Shown: one piece after another, positions 27,795 through 38,021 of the stretch | How the letters are laid out: each line of letters starts with the position of its first letter | Numbering within the stretch: the first letter of the stretch is position 1 | From: an uncultured bacterium | Lineage (GTDB): Bacteria > Patescibacteriota > Saccharimonadia > Saccharimonadales > 2-12-FULL-41-12 | Length of the DNA stretch: 64,000 bases | Direction: 5' to 3' | NCBI GenBank assembly: GCA_963834265.1 | Contig: CAWIAU010000001.1 | Span: 652,346 to 716,345, forward strand | The notes under the pieces: model-generated | The model's database searches: none | The model's input: the letters and a program-made list of their open reading frames with translations, nothing else | Told to the model about the DNA's origin: nothing | Made by a program: the position numbers and the translations under genes

Positions 27795-28412
27795 CTAGCG
27801 TGAGTAATACTCAACAATTAATTGTTCTTTAATATCAGGTTCGGCTTCTTCCCTGGTCGGCAGACCGACAACCTTGATCTCAAGCTTCTTTCGACTAATG
27901 TTCAGCCAAATGGGCGTGTCACCACCTTCAGGGCTTACAGAATCAAGCTGCTTGAAATACTCAGTTTTCTGGCTACGGGAACGAACAGTCAATACGTCAC
28001 CTTCTTTAAGTCTGATCGATGGGATGTCAACCCGACGGCCATTTAATTCGAAATGTCCGTGAGATACCAGTTGTCTTGATGCCCGTCGGCTGGTAGCAAA
28101 ACCGGCTCTGTATACTGCATTATCAGCACGTTGCTCTAACAGACAAAGTAATACAGCACCGGACTGCCCTTTGCTTTTGGAAGCTTCTTTCATAAGATTG
28201 CTGAACTGCTTTTCCAGCAGGCCGTACAGGCGTTTTACCTTTTGCTTTTCGCGAAGCTGGAGAGAATACTGGCTGGTCTTTTGTCGGAAACTTCCACGCT
28301 GCTGCTGGCCCGGAGGGCTGCTGCGTTTGACTAGTGCTTTGTGAGCCTTCGGATGAAGAGCATAGCCTTCACGCCGACTCATCTTTACAATAGATTGAGT
28401 GTCGCGTGCCAT
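27795..28412 (-). CDS. rpsD: 30S ribosomal protein S4
   Basis: SQYSLQLREKQKVKRLYGLLEKQF, and S4 domain RLDN.VYR.GFA.SR..ARQLV.HGH. Confidence 0.95.
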   Translation of the reverse strand: MARDTQSIVKMSRREGYALHPKAHKALVKRSSPPGQQQRGSFRQKTSQYSLQLREKQKVKRLYGLLEKQFSNLMKEASKSKGQSGAVLLCLLEQRADNAVYRAGFATSRRASRQLVSHGHFELNGRRVDIPSIRLKEGDVLTVRSRSQKTEYFKQLDSVSPEGGDTPIWLNISRKKLEIKVVGLPTREEAEPDIKEQLIVEYYSR

Positions 28413-28871
28413 CTAGACTCTCCTCGCCTTACGTGGGCGACATCCGCCATGAGGTATACCTGTGACGTCTTTTATCATGTCCACGCTGATGCCTGCTGCC
28501 GCCAGTGCACGCACAGCAGACTCACGTCCCAGCCCTACGCCTTTGATGAAGACATCCGCTTTTACCAGACCATATTGCTGTTTTGCTGCTGCGATAGCTT
28601 TTTCGGACGCAACCTGTGCTGCGTAAGCTGTACCTTTTTTGCTGCCCCGGAAGCCACAGGCTCCGGCACTGGAATTTGTCAGTGCACCACCAGCCGGATC
28701 GGTAATCGTAATGACAGTATTATTAAAGGTTGCCTGAACATGCACCTGTCCGGCAGGAACACTGCGTTTATTTTTTTTCTTTTTGGGCGTTACTTTAGGA
28801 GCGGTAGTCTCTACACTATTTATCTCTTCGGGTTTTTCAGTATTTTCAGCTTTTTCCGGTGTGTCAGACAT
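28413..28871 (-). CDS. rpsK: 30S ribosomal protein S11 (N-terminal extension)
   Basis: [19 protein letters not shown]......SAG..GF.GSKK.T.YAAQ ... [12 protein letters not shown]. Confidence 0.95.
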   Translation of the reverse strand: MSDTPEKAENTEKPEEINSVETTAPKVTPKKKKNKRSVPAGQVHVQATFNNTVITITDPAGGALTNSSAGACGFRGSKKGTAYAAQVASEKAIAAAKQQYGLVKADVFIKGVGLGRESAVRALAAAGISVDMIKDVTGIPHGGCRPRKARRV

Positions 28872-28884
28872 ATATCATAATCTC

Positions 28885-29271
28885 CTAGGTTTTGCTCGCT
28901 ACTTTTTTGGCAGTGCCACCGACGGTAGTCTTCTTGCCACGTCTGGTGCGGGCATTTGTCTTGGTTCTCTGACCACGACTTGGCAGGTTTGCTCTGTGCC
29001 GCAAGCCACGATAAGCGTTAATGTCTTTGAGACGCTTGATGTTACCGGTAACGATACGCTGCAACTCACCCTCGGTTGTATAATCAGCAGCAATAACCTC
29101 TGAAATCCGACTGATCTCAGCATCCGTAAGATCTTTGACACGAACTGTAGGTTCGATCTTGGCTTTGGCGATAATCTCACCGGAGAATTTGGGACCTATA
29201 CCATAAACATATGTCAGAGCTATTTGGATTTGCTTTTCTGCAGGAATGGTAACCCCTGAAATTCGTGCCAT
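28885..29271 (-). CDS. rpsM: 30S ribosomal protein S13
   Basis: MARISGV.IP..K...IALTYVYGIG...YRGLRHR..LP.RGQRT.TNART. Confidence 0.95.
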   Translation of the reverse strand: MARISGVTIPAEKQIQIALTYVYGIGPKFSGEIIAKAKIEPTVRVKDLTDAEISRISEVIAADYTTEGELQRIVTGNIKRLKDINAYRGLRHRANLPSRGQRTKTNARTRRGKKTTVGGTAKKVASKT

Positions 29272-29273
29272 AA

Positions 29274-29390
29274 TTAACCTTGTCTCTGCTTATGTTTGGG
29301 TTTAAACTTATTGATAACATAGACACGACCTTTGCGGCGTACAATCTTATCATCCGGACTAATTTTCTTCACACTTGCACGTACTTTCAT
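29274..29390 (-). CDS. rpmJ: 50S ribosomal protein L36 (Cys-less form)
   Basis: My translation: [38 protein letters not shown]. Not in the track (38 aa). Confidence 0.9.
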   Translation of the reverse strand: MKVRASVKKISPDDKIVRRKGRVYVINKFKPKHKQRQG

Positions 29391-29459
29391 ACGGATCATT
29401 GCTCCTTAATGTTCGCAATAACTCACTGCTTACCCTGTTATTATTAACGTGTTATAGAT

Positions 29460-29681
29460 TCACGATTTGCGATAGGTGATTCTGCCCTTACTGAGATCAT
29501 AAGGAGTCAACTCAACCGTTACGCTGTCACCAGGGACAATGCGGATATAATGTTTCCTCATCTTGCCGGCGACATGAGCTATGATTTGATGACCATTCTG
29601 GAGCTCTACACGAAACTGAGTCCCTGGCAGGGTTTCGATTATTACTCCCGAAAGCTCTATTACTTCCTTATTTTTGGCCAT
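29460..29681 (-). CDS. infA: translation initiation factor IF-1
   Basis: [50 protein letters not shown]. Confidence 0.95.
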   Translation of the reverse strand: MAKNKEVIELSGVIIETLPGTQFRVELQNGHQIIAHVAGKMRKHYIRIVPGDSVTVELTPYDLSKGRITYRKS

Positions 29682-29735
29682 AAATATAACTGATCTGGAA
29701 GTATAGCAGATAATTACAACATTTGTAAAGTGTTT

Positions 29736-31214
29736 TTATTTATTTTTCTTCCTAAGCCGCATAGGCACAAAACTGCGTTTCTTTTTTGCCTCTACTTCCT
29801 GAAAAAAATCACCGCCGTCATACTGATTGTAAGTAACCATAAGAGCTCTCGATTCTATCTTACGCAGAGTATCGAGTGCCACCGAAACCAGAATCAATAC
29901 ACTCGTCCCTGCAATGGCTAAGCCCGGCGCAATATAAACTTCACCGGCAATAGGCACCGTCGCAAGCAAACCAAGGGCTAAAGCACCGAAAAGTGTAAGT
30001 CTGTTGACGACTTTAGTCAGATATTTTTCTGTTCGGGCCCCGGAGCGAACATCGGCAATAAATCCACCTTGTTTCTGAAGATTTTCGGCAATGTCTTTAC
30101 TGTTGAATGTAATACTGGTATAGAAAAAAGTAAACAGAAATACCAGTACAAAGTAAGCTACGGGGTAGATAAATGGCTCCCAGCCACCTGCCGCAAAAGT
30201 ATCTTTGGACGGCGTCGCAAACCAAACATTCAGCTGTGCTGCGAGTTCCTGAAGTCGCGCGCTGCTATTATTCTGAAGCAGTTGTGCAGCAAAGCCCGGA
30301 ACACTCAGGAAGGCTACCGCAAAGATTATTGGTATAACACCTGCTGTGATCAGTTTTACCGGCAACACAGTTGTGACGCCCCCGTATGTACGATTACCCT
30401 GGACCCTTTTGGCATAGTGAACAGTTAGCTTACGGGAAGCCTCATTGAGACGAACAACAAATATCGTCATTATTAATACAGATACTGATAACACCAGGGC
30501 TGTTATCAGCCCGGATGTATTTATGGGCAGCTGAAAACCAAGAACATCCCACTTCGCTCCGCCGCCAAACACTGATCCGACGATGCCAATAATGGTTTGC
30601 GGTAAAGTACTGACAATTCCAACTGTAATAAGCAGAGAAATACCATTGCCAATACCTTGCTCAGTAATGAGCTCACCAAGCCACATCAGTATCATTGCTG
30701 CACCGGTCAGGGCTGCAATCATCAGAACCCATTGCATCGGCGAAGTATTGGCAGTAATATCTCCCAGACCACCTACCCTGGAAGCATAATCTTTTGCCAG
30801 ATAAACAGCACCGATTGATTGTAGAATAGCCAGAGGAAATGTCAGCATACGAGTGTACTGATTGATCTTTTTGCGACCGAACTCACCCTCTTTATTAAGA
30901 ACTTCAAGTTTGGGAATAGCTTTAGTGAGCAACTGCATAATGATGCTCGCATTGATATAAGGGCCTAATCCAACGAGCATAATTGAAAAGCTAGCCAGAG
31001 CACCGCCGGAAAGTACGTTTACAAAGCTCAGAAACTGTGGCGTGTCCGCAGCAGTAAAGACACTATCAAGCAACTGGCGAAGAGTTTCAGGATTGCTCAG
31101 CGGGATAGGGATATGCGCCAGAATACGAAATACAAGTATGATGCCCAGAACAACAAAGATACGCTTGCGCATATCACTATCAGCCAATGACTTCCAAATT
31201 AACTTCCAATTCAT
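29736..31214 (-). CDS. secY: preprotein translocase subunit SecY
   Basis: 10-TM protein with typical SecY segments (GIGNGISLLI, IPIIFA...); position after rplO. Confidence 0.9.
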   Translation of the reverse strand: MNWKLIWKSLADSDMRKRIFVVLGIILVFRILAHIPIPLSNPETLRQLLDSVFTAADTPQFLSFVNVLSGGALASFSIMLVGLGPYINASIIMQLLTKAIPKLEVLNKEGEFGRKKINQYTRMLTFPLAILQSIGAVYLAKDYASRVGGLGDITANTSPMQWVLMIAALTGAAMILMWLGELITEQGIGNGISLLITVGIVSTLPQTIIGIVGSVFGGGAKWDVLGFQLPINTSGLITALVLSVSVLIMTIFVVRLNEASRKLTVHYAKRVQGNRTYGGVTTVLPVKLITAGVIPIIFAVAFLSVPGFAAQLLQNNSSARLQELAAQLNVWFATPSKDTFAAGGWEPFIYPVAYFVLVFLFTFFYTSITFNSKDIAENLQKQGGFIADVRSGARTEKYLTKVVNRLTLFGALALGLLATVPIAGEVYIAPGLAIAGTSVLILVSVALDTLRKIESRALMVTYNQYDGGDFFQEVEAKKKRSFVPMRLRKKNK

Positions 31215-31389
31215 CCCGTAGTAGACCTCAAAGAACTTTCGTTATACAACCCTTGGTAAATCCCCGACACCTTATTCTAACACTAAGCACTTATTTTATA
31301 ATATCCCTTGCGCAGCAACTTTGAGGCTCACTACAGGATTCATAAGTTAATAATCAGTATACAGGAATCGGGTGAAAGTTTGTAGCACT

Positions 31390-33177
31390 CTATTCTTTAT
31401 CAGCACCTATGTAACCGCCGCTTTGATGGGCCCACAGATCTGCGTATATTCCGGATTCTTTAAGCAATTCGTCGTGAGAACCTGTCTGCACAATACGGCC
31501 CTTGTCCATAACTATAATTTTATCCATGCGCTGTACCGTACTCAAACGATGAGCAATTACCAGCGCGGTACGGCCTTTCATCAGCTTCCACAGAGCCGTT
31601 TGAATATATTTCTCGCTGCGACTATCAAGCGCGCTTGTAGCTTCGTCAAGCACCAGAATCGGTGCATCTTTCAGAATCGCACGAGCTATTGCTACCCGTT
31701 GTCGCTGGCCTCCTGACAGTTTTACTCCCCTTTCACCAACCAATGTTTCATAGCCGTTCGGTAATTCAGCAACAAATTCATCAACGTAGGCCAGTTTTGC
31801 GGCCTGAATTATCTCCTTGTCCGAAGCTTCAGGACGACCATAAGCAATGTTTTCTTTTATACTACGATGAAATAAAAGTGGTTCCTGCGGAACATAGGCT
31901 ATCCTTCGGCGAAGCTCATACTGGCTGGTCTCACGGACATCGATATCTTCAATTTTTATTGAGCCGGAACTCACATCCATAAATCTCAATATCAGTTTAG
32001 TAAGTGTGGTTTTGCCAGCTCCCGAAAAGCCCACCAGGCCAATCCGCTGGCCTTTCTTAATCATTAAATTGAACATGTCTATCGCGTGTTTTGATTTATT
32101 GCCGTTATAGCCAAAACTGACATTGTCAAAATGGATCTGTTTCGGATGATCACGAAAATTTTTGGGGTGAACAGGGTCAACAACCGACGGCTGAATTTGC
32201 ATAGTTAAAGCGGGTTTATAGGCCATGCCCATAATCTGCTCGTATTGTTTTATCAGATCCGCAAGTTCAAGGGTTACAAATAGTAGTCGTAACATGTAAA
32301 GCTGAACCAATACCACAACGGCGAGTGTAATAACATTGTTCTGATAAAGTGCCGCGGTCGACAGTAACAACACGCAAATTATACCGTAACTTAATATCAG
32401 ACGAATGGTATTGGACGGATCAAGACTATACCATGCTTTGAGCTGAGCTTTACGCCATTTTTGAGCCGCCGGCTTAATATATTCAAGTTCGTAATTACCG
32501 GAGGCGAAGGCTTTGACGGCAGCTCCGTGACTTAGCGCATCGGCTTCAACGCCAGACAGATCGCTGCTCGCTTCACTGCTGGCTCTTCGATATTTGGAGC
32601 GTGACTGACTGGAAGCAATGGTATAGCCTAAAATCATAGCCATACAAACCAGTGATATCAAAAACAACTGCCAGGAAAAATAAGCTAAGACGGTTAGAAG
32701 TGATAATACACTTATAGCATCTTTCTGAAATACAAATTTAAATTCATGCGCATATACTGTGAAAGCCTGGCGTAGCTGTGACACCTGATTACCGATTGAT
32801 CCTACGAACTGACTTGAGTAAAAATCGTAATCTTTGTTTAAGAAATTTGAAAATGCTGCACGCTGGACGTACAAGGCCCCGTTAACACCCATGCGGCAAT
32901 CAGCCCGGTTGGCATAATAACTTAGTATAATAGTGATGAGCATCGCAGCTATAATGTGCCATATATATGTGCTGATTTCAGTAAATTTCCTCTCAAAGAT
33001 TGCCTGAACAATATAAGCCACTTGCAAAGGTACGTAAGCATGAGTAAAGAAAAAGCCCGGTATATTAAGCAGCGATAAAGCGAGGTTTTTTTTATCGCTA
33101 AGCATAGCACGCCAGAAAAGAGCATGGATAAACCGCGTGGTTTTTTTGTCCCGCGCTAAGTCATCGGTAGCGCTCAT
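31390..33177 (-). CDS. ABC exporter, fused permease/ATPase (MsbA/multidrug-type half transporter)
   Basis: Six-TM N-terminal domain, Walker A GFSGAGKTT, signature LSGGQRQR, Walker B ILVLDEATSALD, H-loop AHRL. Starts 3 nt after the rplO stop. Confidence 0.9.
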   Translation of the reverse strand: MSATDDLARDKKTTRFIHALFWRAMLSDKKNLALSLLNIPGFFFTHAYVPLQVAYIVQAIFERKFTEISTYIWHIIAAMLITIILSYYANRADCRMGVNGALYVQRAAFSNFLNKDYDFYSSQFVGSIGNQVSQLRQAFTVYAHEFKFVFQKDAISVLSLLTVLAYFSWQLFLISLVCMAMILGYTIASSQSRSKYRRASSEASSDLSGVEADALSHGAAVKAFASGNYELEYIKPAAQKWRKAQLKAWYSLDPSNTIRLILSYGIICVLLLSTAALYQNNVITLAVVVLVQLYMLRLLFVTLELADLIKQYEQIMGMAYKPALTMQIQPSVVDPVHPKNFRDHPKQIHFDNVSFGYNGNKSKHAIDMFNLMIKKGQRIGLVGFSGAGKTTLTKLILRFMDVSSGSIKIEDIDVRETSQYELRRRIAYVPQEPLLFHRSIKENIAYGRPEASDKEIIQAAKLAYVDEFVAELPNGYETLVGERGVKLSGGQRQRVAIARAILKDAPILVLDEATSALDSRSEKYIQTALWKLMKGRTALVIAHRLSTVQRMDKIIVMDKGRIVQTGSHDELLKESGIYADLWAHQSGGYIGADKE

Positions 33178-33180
33178 AAT

Positions 33181-33651
33181 TTATTTTTCTTTTTTGGCAC
33201 TGGCTGGTCGTCTGACCTGCGTGGTTTTTTCGAAAGATCCGCCTGCTTTTTCCAGCTGAGCAATGGCGCTTGCGCTCGCTACTTGCAGTTTGACTGTAAT
33301 TTTTTTGGTAATTTTGCCGTTTGATATCAGCTTTACGCGTATGTGTGGATGTTCAATCAGGCCAGCTTCGGCTAAAACTTTTGTATCAATAGTTACCTTG
33401 CCTAATGTTTCGAGTTGTCCGGTATAAATAACTGAAGCCGGAGTGCGTTTAGACGTGAAGCCACGCAGCTTAGGAAGGCGCATATAAAGTGGCATCTGTC
33501 CACCTTCAAAGCCGGGTCGCACACCACCGCTTTTACGGGAGCCCTGTCCTTTGGTGCCACGTCCGGCTGTCTTGCCACGTCCCGCAGCAATACCACGACC
33601 CACACGAATGGGCTTTTTGCCGGCTGTAAGTGTTAGATCATTAAATTTCAT
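33181..33651 (-). CDS. rplO: 50S ribosomal protein L15
   Basis: RVGRGIAAGRGKTAGRGTKGQ..R.G....GFEGGQMPL..RLPK.GF. Confidence 0.95.
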   Translation of the reverse strand: MKFNDLTLTAGKKPIRVGRGIAAGRGKTAGRGTKGQGSRKSGGVRPGFEGGQMPLYMRLPKLRGFTSKRTPASVIYTGQLETLGKVTIDTKVLAEAGLIEHPHIRVKLISNGKITKKITVKLQVASASAIAQLEKAGGSFEKTTQVRRPASAKKEK

Positions 33652-34238
33652 TTTGTAGCCTCAGCTGCCGGTTTTTTGACAGCTGGATTCTTTTCTGACT
33701 TCTCAATAGCTTTTTCAGTCTGTTTTTTACTGCCTGAGGCTTTTTTGGTTACCCATTTATTTGCAGGTTGCATACTCTGTAATGCTGCGAGTGTCGCATA
33801 CGCAGTATTGATCTTATTGGTCGAACCCAGAGACTTGGACAAGGCATCACTCACACCAGCTACTTCCAGAACAGTACGTACAACTCCACCGGCAATCAAG
33901 CCGGTTCCGGCACTGGCAGGCATAATTAAGATATTGGCGCCACCAACTTTGGCTTGTGCTTCATGAGGGAAGGTACCCTTATAAAGATTCAGGCTCATGA
34001 AATTCTTTTTGGCGGTCTCTACAGCCTTGCTCACAGCAGCAGTTACGTCAGCTCCTTTGGCAGTACCGACACCGACACGGCCTTTACGATCACCTACCAC
34101 TACAAGAGCGCGAAAACGGAAGCGCCGGCCGCCTTTTACAACGCGCGCAACACGGTCAATATGCACTACACGCTCATCGAACTGTTTTTCTTCCGGCTTT
34201 TGTTCCGGACGACGATTACCTGGTCGCTGATCTGCCAT
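33648..34238 (-). CDS. rpsE: 30S ribosomal protein S5 (Lys-rich C-terminal extension)
   Basis: V..I.RV..VVKGGR.F.F.ALVVVGD..G.VG.G.GKA..V..A; 4-nt overlap with rplO, leaving no room for rpmD. Confidence 0.95.
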   Translation of the reverse strand: MADQRPGNRRPEQKPEEKQFDERVVHIDRVARVVKGGRRFRFRALVVVGDRKGRVGVGTAKGADVTAAVSKAVETAKKNFMSLNLYKGTFPHEAQAKVGGANILIMPASAGTGLIAGGVVRTVLEVAGVSDALSKSLGSTNKINTAYATLAALQSMQPANKWVTKKASGSKKQTEKAIEKSEKNPAVKKPAAEATK

Positions 34239-34239
34239 A

Positions 34240-34599
34240 TTAAAACTCCAGTCCTTCTTTTCTTGCAGCTTCAGCTAGTGCCTTAACTCTTCCATGGTAA
34301 AGTTTGGGACCGCGGTCGAATGCTACTTTTTTTAGTTTCTTTGATCTGGCCTGCTTAGCGATTTCGCTACCAACCCATGCTGCCTGTTCTGTGAGATTTC
34401 CGGTCGGTGCTTTACCTGCAACTGCGGTACTTACAGCAACGAGTGTGACATGCTTCATGTCATCGATAACCTGAGCTGACACATGACGGTTACTGATATG
34501 GACACTCAGACGGGGACGCGCAGTAGTACCTCGTACAGTTGTCCGGACGCGATTCATGCGTCGTAACATGTTATTTTGCTTAGAGATAAGACGACTCAT
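34240..34599 (-). CDS. rplR: 50S ribosomal protein L18
   Basis: RPRLSVHISNRHVSAQVIDD...VAFDRG...YHGRVKALAEAARE.GLEF. Confidence 0.95.
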   Translation of the reverse strand: MSRLISKQNNMLRRMNRVRTTVRGTTARPRLSVHISNRHVSAQVIDDMKHVTLVAVSTAVAGKAPTGNLTEQAAWVGSEIAKQARSKKLKKVAFDRGPKLYHGRVKALAEAARKEGLEF

Positions 34600-34601
34600 G
34601 A

Positions 34602-35141
34602 TTACTTATCCTTCCCTGATTTACCGCTCTTACGGATTATTCGCTCACCGACATATTTGATACCTTTGCCTTTATAGGGCTCCGGCTTCTTAAGTGAACG
34701 AATTTCTGCAGCTGACTGTCCAACCTGCTGTCTGCTGATACCACTTACTGTGATAACATTTTGCTCAACTCTGGCGGTAATGCCTGTCGGTATCTTATAA
34801 ACAACTTCGTGCGAAAATCCCAGATTCATTTTGATATCCTGTCCGGCCAGTGCCACACGGAAACCAACTCCATTTACTTCAAGTTGTTTTTCAAAACCCT
34901 TTGTTACGCCGTCAATCATGTTTTGAACTAAGGCACGCATCAAACCATGTTTGGAACGAACTTTCGGTTCGTCATTCGCACGGGTCACAATAATCTCATC
35001 ATTTTCCTGAGTTACCGTAATTTCAGGCATAGTAAACTGGCTCAAAGAACCTTTGGTACCATTGACAGTAATAAGGGCGTCTTCAATAGTGACCGTCACG
35101 CCGCTAGGAATTTTGATTGGTTGTCTGCCTACTCGACTCAT
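34602..35141 (-). CDS. rplF: 50S ribosomal protein L6
   Basis: MSRVGRQPI.IP.GV.V......I.V.G.KG.L...GVGF...EPYKGKGI.Y.GE.I..K.GK. Confidence 0.95.
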   Translation of the reverse strand: MSRVGRQPIKIPSGVTVTIEDALITVNGTKGSLSQFTMPEITVTQENDEIIVTRANDEPKVRSKHGLMRALVQNMIDGVTKGFEKQLEVNGVGFRVALAGQDIKMNLGFSHEVVYKIPTGITARVEQNVITVSGISRQQVGQSAAEIRSLKKPEPYKGKGIKYVGERIIRKSGKSGKDK

Positions 35142-35142
35142 G

Positions 35143-35538
35143 CTAATACACCTTACAGATTAATTCTCCGCCAATAGGCGTTTTACGGGCATCTTCACCC
35201 GTCATTATACCCTTGGAAGTAGAGACAATTACTATACCACGGCCACGCATAACAGTTGGAATCTTGTCGGCACGAACGTACATACGGCGGCCGGGCCGGC
35301 TCATACGAACAATTTCGGTTATTCGGGCATTAGCATTTTCGCCGTTAATTTCAACGACCAGTTTTTTATCAATACCCTCACCCTCAACTGTGACGCCATC
35401 AATAAACCTGCTGGTTTTCAGTAGTTCGGCTACATGCTGCTTGATTGTAGAATGGGGCATGCTGACCTGGTGCTTGTTCACCGCGATACCATTACGTATG
35501 CGGGTTAGCATATCTGAAATCGGATCTGTAGAAACCAT
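35143..35538 (-). CDS. rpsH: 30S ribosomal protein S8
   Basis: DPISDMLTRIRN...G.GIVIVSTS.G.MT...A.....GGE.ICKVY. Confidence 0.95.
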   Translation of the reverse strand: MVSTDPISDMLTRIRNGIAVNKHQVSMPHSTIKQHVAELLKTSRFIDGVTVEGEGIDKKLVVEINGENANARITEIVRMSRPGRRMYVRADKIPTVMRGRGIVIVSTSKGIMTGEDARKTPIGGELICKVY

Positions 35539-35539
35539 C

Positions 35540-35809
35540 TTACCAACTCGCTTTCGTTATGCCTGGTATTTCACCACGGGAAGCATGTTCGCGGAAAGAT
35601 ATGCGGGATAGACCAAAAGTACGCATGTAACCACGGGGCCGGCCGGTTTCTGTACAGCGGTTTTTGAACCGTGTTGGCGATGAATTACGTGGCAACAGAT
35701 GCAGGCCAGCCTGATCGCCGACAGCTTTTAACTCTGCGCGTTTCGCTGCATATTTGATGATCATTTTCTTACGCTTTTCATCGCGTGCAATATTTGATTT
35801 CCTGGCCAT
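35540..35809 (-). CDS. rpsN: 30S ribosomal protein S14 (long, non-zinc type)
   Basis: MARKS...R..KR......Y...R.ELK...NRC..TGRPRGY.R.FGLSRI.FRE.A..GEIPG..KASW. Confidence 0.95.
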   Translation of the reverse strand: MARKSNIARDEKRKKMIIKYAAKRAELKAVGDQAGLHLLPRNSSPTRFKNRCTETGRPRGYMRTFGLSRISFREHASRGEIPGITKASW

Positions 35810-36396
35810 TATTTCTCTCCTTTGCGAGGTTTTTCAAAAGGCATTCCGAACTTGGTAAGGAGTGCCCGTGACTGCTCTGTGTCAGAACCGGTCGTTATTA
35901 TATTTACTTGCATTCCGTGAGCTAATGTCGTCTCTTCAAAAGTAAGCTCCGGAAAGATAGACTGCTCATTGATACCAATCGAATAATTTCCCTGCTTGTC
36001 AAAAGCTTTGAGGTTGACACCGTGAAAATCGCGGAGACGTGGTAAGACCAGATTGACCAGACGATCCAGAAATTCATACATTCGTTCACCACGTAGAGTG
36101 ACCTTAAGTCCGACTTTGTTGCCTTCGCGAAGTTTGAATGAAGCAATCGACATTCGGGCAAATGTTTCAAGGGGTTTTTGTCCGGTAATTTTCTGCAGCG
36201 TGTTGCCGGCAACTTCAAACATACGCTTGTCGTCCTTGGCACGACCCAAGCCGATGTTCACCACAATTTTCTCCAGGCGTGGAACCTGATTTGCATTCAC
36301 CAACTTTAATTCTTTCATAAGCTCTGGAGCATACTGTTCATTATAGAGCTGTTTCAATCGGGCTGATGATACCGGTAATGCTGTTTTGGCACTCAT
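35809..36396 (-). CDS. rplE: 50S ribosomal protein L5
   Basis: [12 protein letters not shown]......L......L..ITGQKP...A..SIA.FKLREG...[17 protein letters not shown]. Confidence 0.95.
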   Translation of the reverse strand: MSAKTALPVSSARLKQLYNEQYAPELMKELKLVNANQVPRLEKIVVNIGLGRAKDDKRMFEVAGNTLQKITGQKPLETFARMSIASFKLREGNKVGLKVTLRGERMYEFLDRLVNLVLPRLRDFHGVNLKAFDKQGNYSIGINEQSIFPELTFEETTLAHGMQVNIITTGSDTEQSRALLTKFGMPFEKPRKGEK

Positions 36397-36755
36397 TATT
36401 TGATTTCCTTGTTTATGCTCTTGAACATACGGATTTTTTTACCATCTTTATCGATGCTATAGCCGATTCGGCTGGGCTTTTTACCCGTTGGCTCAATCAC
36501 TGCAACTTTACTGACCCAGATCGGCTTCGTGATTTCTACAATTCCACCCTGTGGATATGCCCTGTTGGGCTTGATAGCTTTTTTTACAATATTGATACCC
36601 TCTACGGTAACCTTATTATCCATTGGATGCGTAGCCCGGATGATACCGGTCTTACCTCTTTGCTTACCAGAAAGGACTACAACATTGTCACCTTTTCTCA
36701 GTCGGATTTTGAAAGGTCTTTTATTAATCGTTTTTTGTTTACCGGTCAGACTCAT
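36396..36755 (-). CDS. rplX: 50S ribosomal protein L24
   Basis: KGD.V.VLSGK.RGKTG.I...[16 protein letters not shown]-domain pattern. Confidence 0.95.
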   Translation of the reverse strand: MSLTGKQKTINKRPFKIRLRKGDNVVVLSGKQRGKTGIIRATHPMDNKVTVEGINIVKKAIKPNRAYPQGGIVEITKPIWVSKVAVIEPTGKKPSRIGYSIDKDGKKIRMFKSINKEIK

Positions 36756-37120
36756 AGGACCTCCGGTGCAAGGCTGATGATCTTGTTATAGCCCTGATCG
36801 CGCAGTTCGCGGGGTACAGGGCCGAAGATACGGGTAGCCTTGGGTAATTTATCATCGCCTATAATCACAGCAGCATTATCATCAAAGCGTATGGTACTGC
36901 CGTCTTTGCGACGAATTACATTGGTCGTGCGTACGACTACCGCACGGACAATTGTCTTTTTCTTAACATTGCCGCTGGGATTCGCCTGTTTAACGGTGGC
37001 CACAATTACATCACCAACATGCGCATAGCGACGACGGGTACCGCCAAGAACACGAATGCACAAAATTTCTTTGGCTCCACTGTTGTCACAGACGAGAAGA
37101 CGGGATTCCTGCTGGATCAT
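36752..37120 (-). CDS. rplN: 50S ribosomal protein L14
   Basis: [36 protein letters not shown]....KK...V.AV.VRT. Confidence 0.95.
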   Translation of the reverse strand: MIQQESRLLVCDNSGAKEILCIRVLGGTRRRYAHVGDVIVATVKQANPSGNVKKKTIVRAVVVRTTNVIRRKDGSTIRFDDNAAVIIGDDKLPKATRIFGPVPRELRDQGYNKIISLAPEVL

Positions 37121-37407
37121 TCTATTTCCCCGCTTTTATCAATCGCGCCCAGGTCAGATTCCGAGATAGCAGCCTTCTGCAGCATTTCCATGAGAATATA
37201 TCTTTTACGGGCAGACAACGGCCGCGTTTCAACGATTGATACGCGGTCGCCAACTTCACATTCATTATTTTCGTCGTGCGCCATATATTTACTGGTTACA
37301 GTGTACTGTTTTTTGTACAAGGGGTGTGTCTTACGCGTATGCACCGTAATAACAATAGTTTTGTCAGATTTGGCAGAACTCACAGTCCCCGTAAGAATTT
37401 TAGCCAT
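37117..37407 (-). CDS. rpsQ: 30S ribosomal protein S17
   Basis: GTV.S.K.DKT.V.TV.......YKK......KY.AHDENNE...GD.V.I.ETRPLS..K. Confidence 0.95.
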   Translation of the reverse strand: MAKILTGTVSSAKSDKTIVITVHTRKTHPLYKKQYTVTSKYMAHDENNECEVGDRVSIVETRPLSARKRYILMEMLQKAAISESDLGAIDKSGEIE

Positions 37408-37607
37408 TACTTTGCCTCCCTCGTTAATTGTTCGCTCATGACAGTCAGCATACGCGCCAGATCTTTACGCTTGGCACGAATAGACCGTACGTTTTGCGAT
37501 TCACCCAGATGCAACTTGCGACGTAATTCCGCAAGGTCATTTCGCATTTCAGTCACCGATATAACAAGTTCTTCGGTCTTCATTTTACGGATATCTACAA
37601 CTTTCAT
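37407..37607 (-). CDS. rpmC: 50S ribosomal protein L29
   Basis: 66 aa; ....R.M..EEL......R..L.ELR......G...N...IR..RKDLAR..T pattern and operon position. Confidence 0.9.
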   Translation of the reverse strand: MKVVDIRKMKTEELVISVTEMRNDLAELRRKLHLGESQNVRSIRAKRKDLARMLTVMSEQLTREAK

Positions 37608-38020
37608 GACTCGCCCTCACGGATAATAAACCGGGTTTTAACAGGTAGTTTATGACTGGCCAGACGCATAGCTTCGCGAGCAACCTCTTCGCTGACGCCC
37701 TGCATTTCGAATAACACGGTACCGGGACGTACTTTGGCGACGAAGAAATCAGGAGCGCCTTTGCCTCCGCCCATTTTGAGTCCCAGTGCTTTGCGGGTAA
37801 CAGGAGTATGAGGGAATATACGGATCCAGATCTTGCCACCACGTTTGACGTAACGGGTCATAGCCTGACGCGCAGATTCAATCTGACGGCTGGTAACCCG
37901 TTCTGAGCCAGCTGACTGCAACGCATAATCGCCAAAAGCAATCAGGTTGCCGCTGGTAGCAGGACCCTTGATACGGCCTTTGCGAACTCGGCGGAATTTG
38001 GTTCGTTTCGGAACTAACAT
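37604..38020 (-). CDS. rplP: 50S ribosomal protein L16
   Basis: [27 protein letters not shown]......[25 protein letters not shown]....RMG.GKG. Confidence 0.95.
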   Translation of the reverse strand: MLVPKRTKFRRVRKGRIKGPATSGNLIAFGDYALQSAGSERVTSRQIESARQAMTRYVKRGGKIWIRIFPHTPVTRKALGLKMGGGKGAPDFFVAKVRPGTVLFEMQGVSEEVAREAMRLASHKLPVKTRFIIREGES

Positions 38021-38021
38021 G

